Below, one piece after another: positions 50,714 through 51,201 of a DNA stretch of 51,201 bases. The translations under genes and the position numbers were made by a program. Position 1 is the first letter of the stretch. Every line of letters begins with the position of its first letter. A model generated the notes under the pieces. It saw nothing but the letters and a program-made list of their open reading frames with translations. It was not told the origin of the DNA and did not search any database. The DNA is from Octopus bimaculoides (lineage: Eukaryota): NCBI RefSeq assembly GCF_001194135.2, contig NC_068985.1:11698211-11749411 (forward strand), read 5' to 3'.

Positions 50714-50818
50714 TGTCACATATTATTTTACAGATACATTCCTCCATTTACATAATATCGAGGTTTCATTTATTCTTTTGTTGTCATACTATTACCATTA
50801 ATATGTATGTATATATAT

Positions 50819-51201
50819 ATAGAGTTATTAATATTTCTAAGTCTCTCTAAAGGAGACTACGGCAGCGGTACTGGAAATTAATAGTTATCGCCAAGCCAAC
50901 ATGGCAGTCCCAAAATTAGGACGAAAGCTGCCGTGAATTAGCTCCAAGAAGCCATCGCCTCTAGCTAGCTATGTGACACACGAACCTGTGTCCTTTATAA
51001 CCTTCGAACAGGGGAGGTCAGCAGTGTCCCCCTGCTGGTTTGGCATCTGCAGACTAGACTAGTTTCAGGGTGTTGCCCCTTGTCAATGCAGAGTAGCCAA
51101 GCCTTAGCCAGGCGGCGCTGCTGACTATCTGCTCGAAGGTTATTTATCTAATTTCAGTGGAATCTATCCACTGGTTTTCAGAAATAGAGTTATTAATATT
51201 T
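50819..51201 (-). mobile_element. Retrozyme-like 365-nt structured unit bounded by an 18-nt (or longer) direct repeat
   Basis: atagagttattaatattt at 50819-50836 and 51184-51201; the GC-richer interior folds into consecutive hairpins; a type I HHR-like motif sits at 51046-51092 on the minus strand. Confidence 0.6.
51046..51092 (-). ncRNA. Decayed type I hammerhead ribozyme with extended stem I
   Basis: Minus strand tctgca-ttgacaa-gggg-caaca-ccct-gaaa-cta-gtc-tag-tc-tgcaga; all three stems present and a GUC triplet; the core differs from CUGANGA at two positions. Confidence 0.65.

Overview
Eukaryotic, AT-rich, repeat-saturated non-coding DNA from a gapped short-read assembly. There are 17 N-runs totalling roughly 7 kb, most bordered by (TA)n. 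The tRNA-headed SINE families match ones I recall from octopus genomes, so an Octopus origin is likely (inference, not verified). I find no credible host protein-coding gene, tRNA, rRNA or CRISPR array, and the long ORFs in the track are artefacts of N-runs or microsatellites. The window holds many SINE copies with shuffled head and tail modules, decayed retrotransposons (Penelope-like RT, RTE, R4/Dong-like restriction-endonuclease LINEs, an ORF1-only L1/Tx1-like remnant), mariner derivatives and MITEs, and several long palindromes. The most interesting signal is a set of hammerhead-ribozyme (HHR) motifs: minimal type I HHRs in Penelope-like termini, one HHR fused behind a tRNA-derived Pol III head, and a 365-nt, almost fully hairpinned, direct-repeat-bounded unit at the window end with a decayed type I HHR on the minus strand, which looks like a retrozyme (circular-RNA retroelement) monomer. 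All alignments, folds and identities were done by eye and need computational confirmation.
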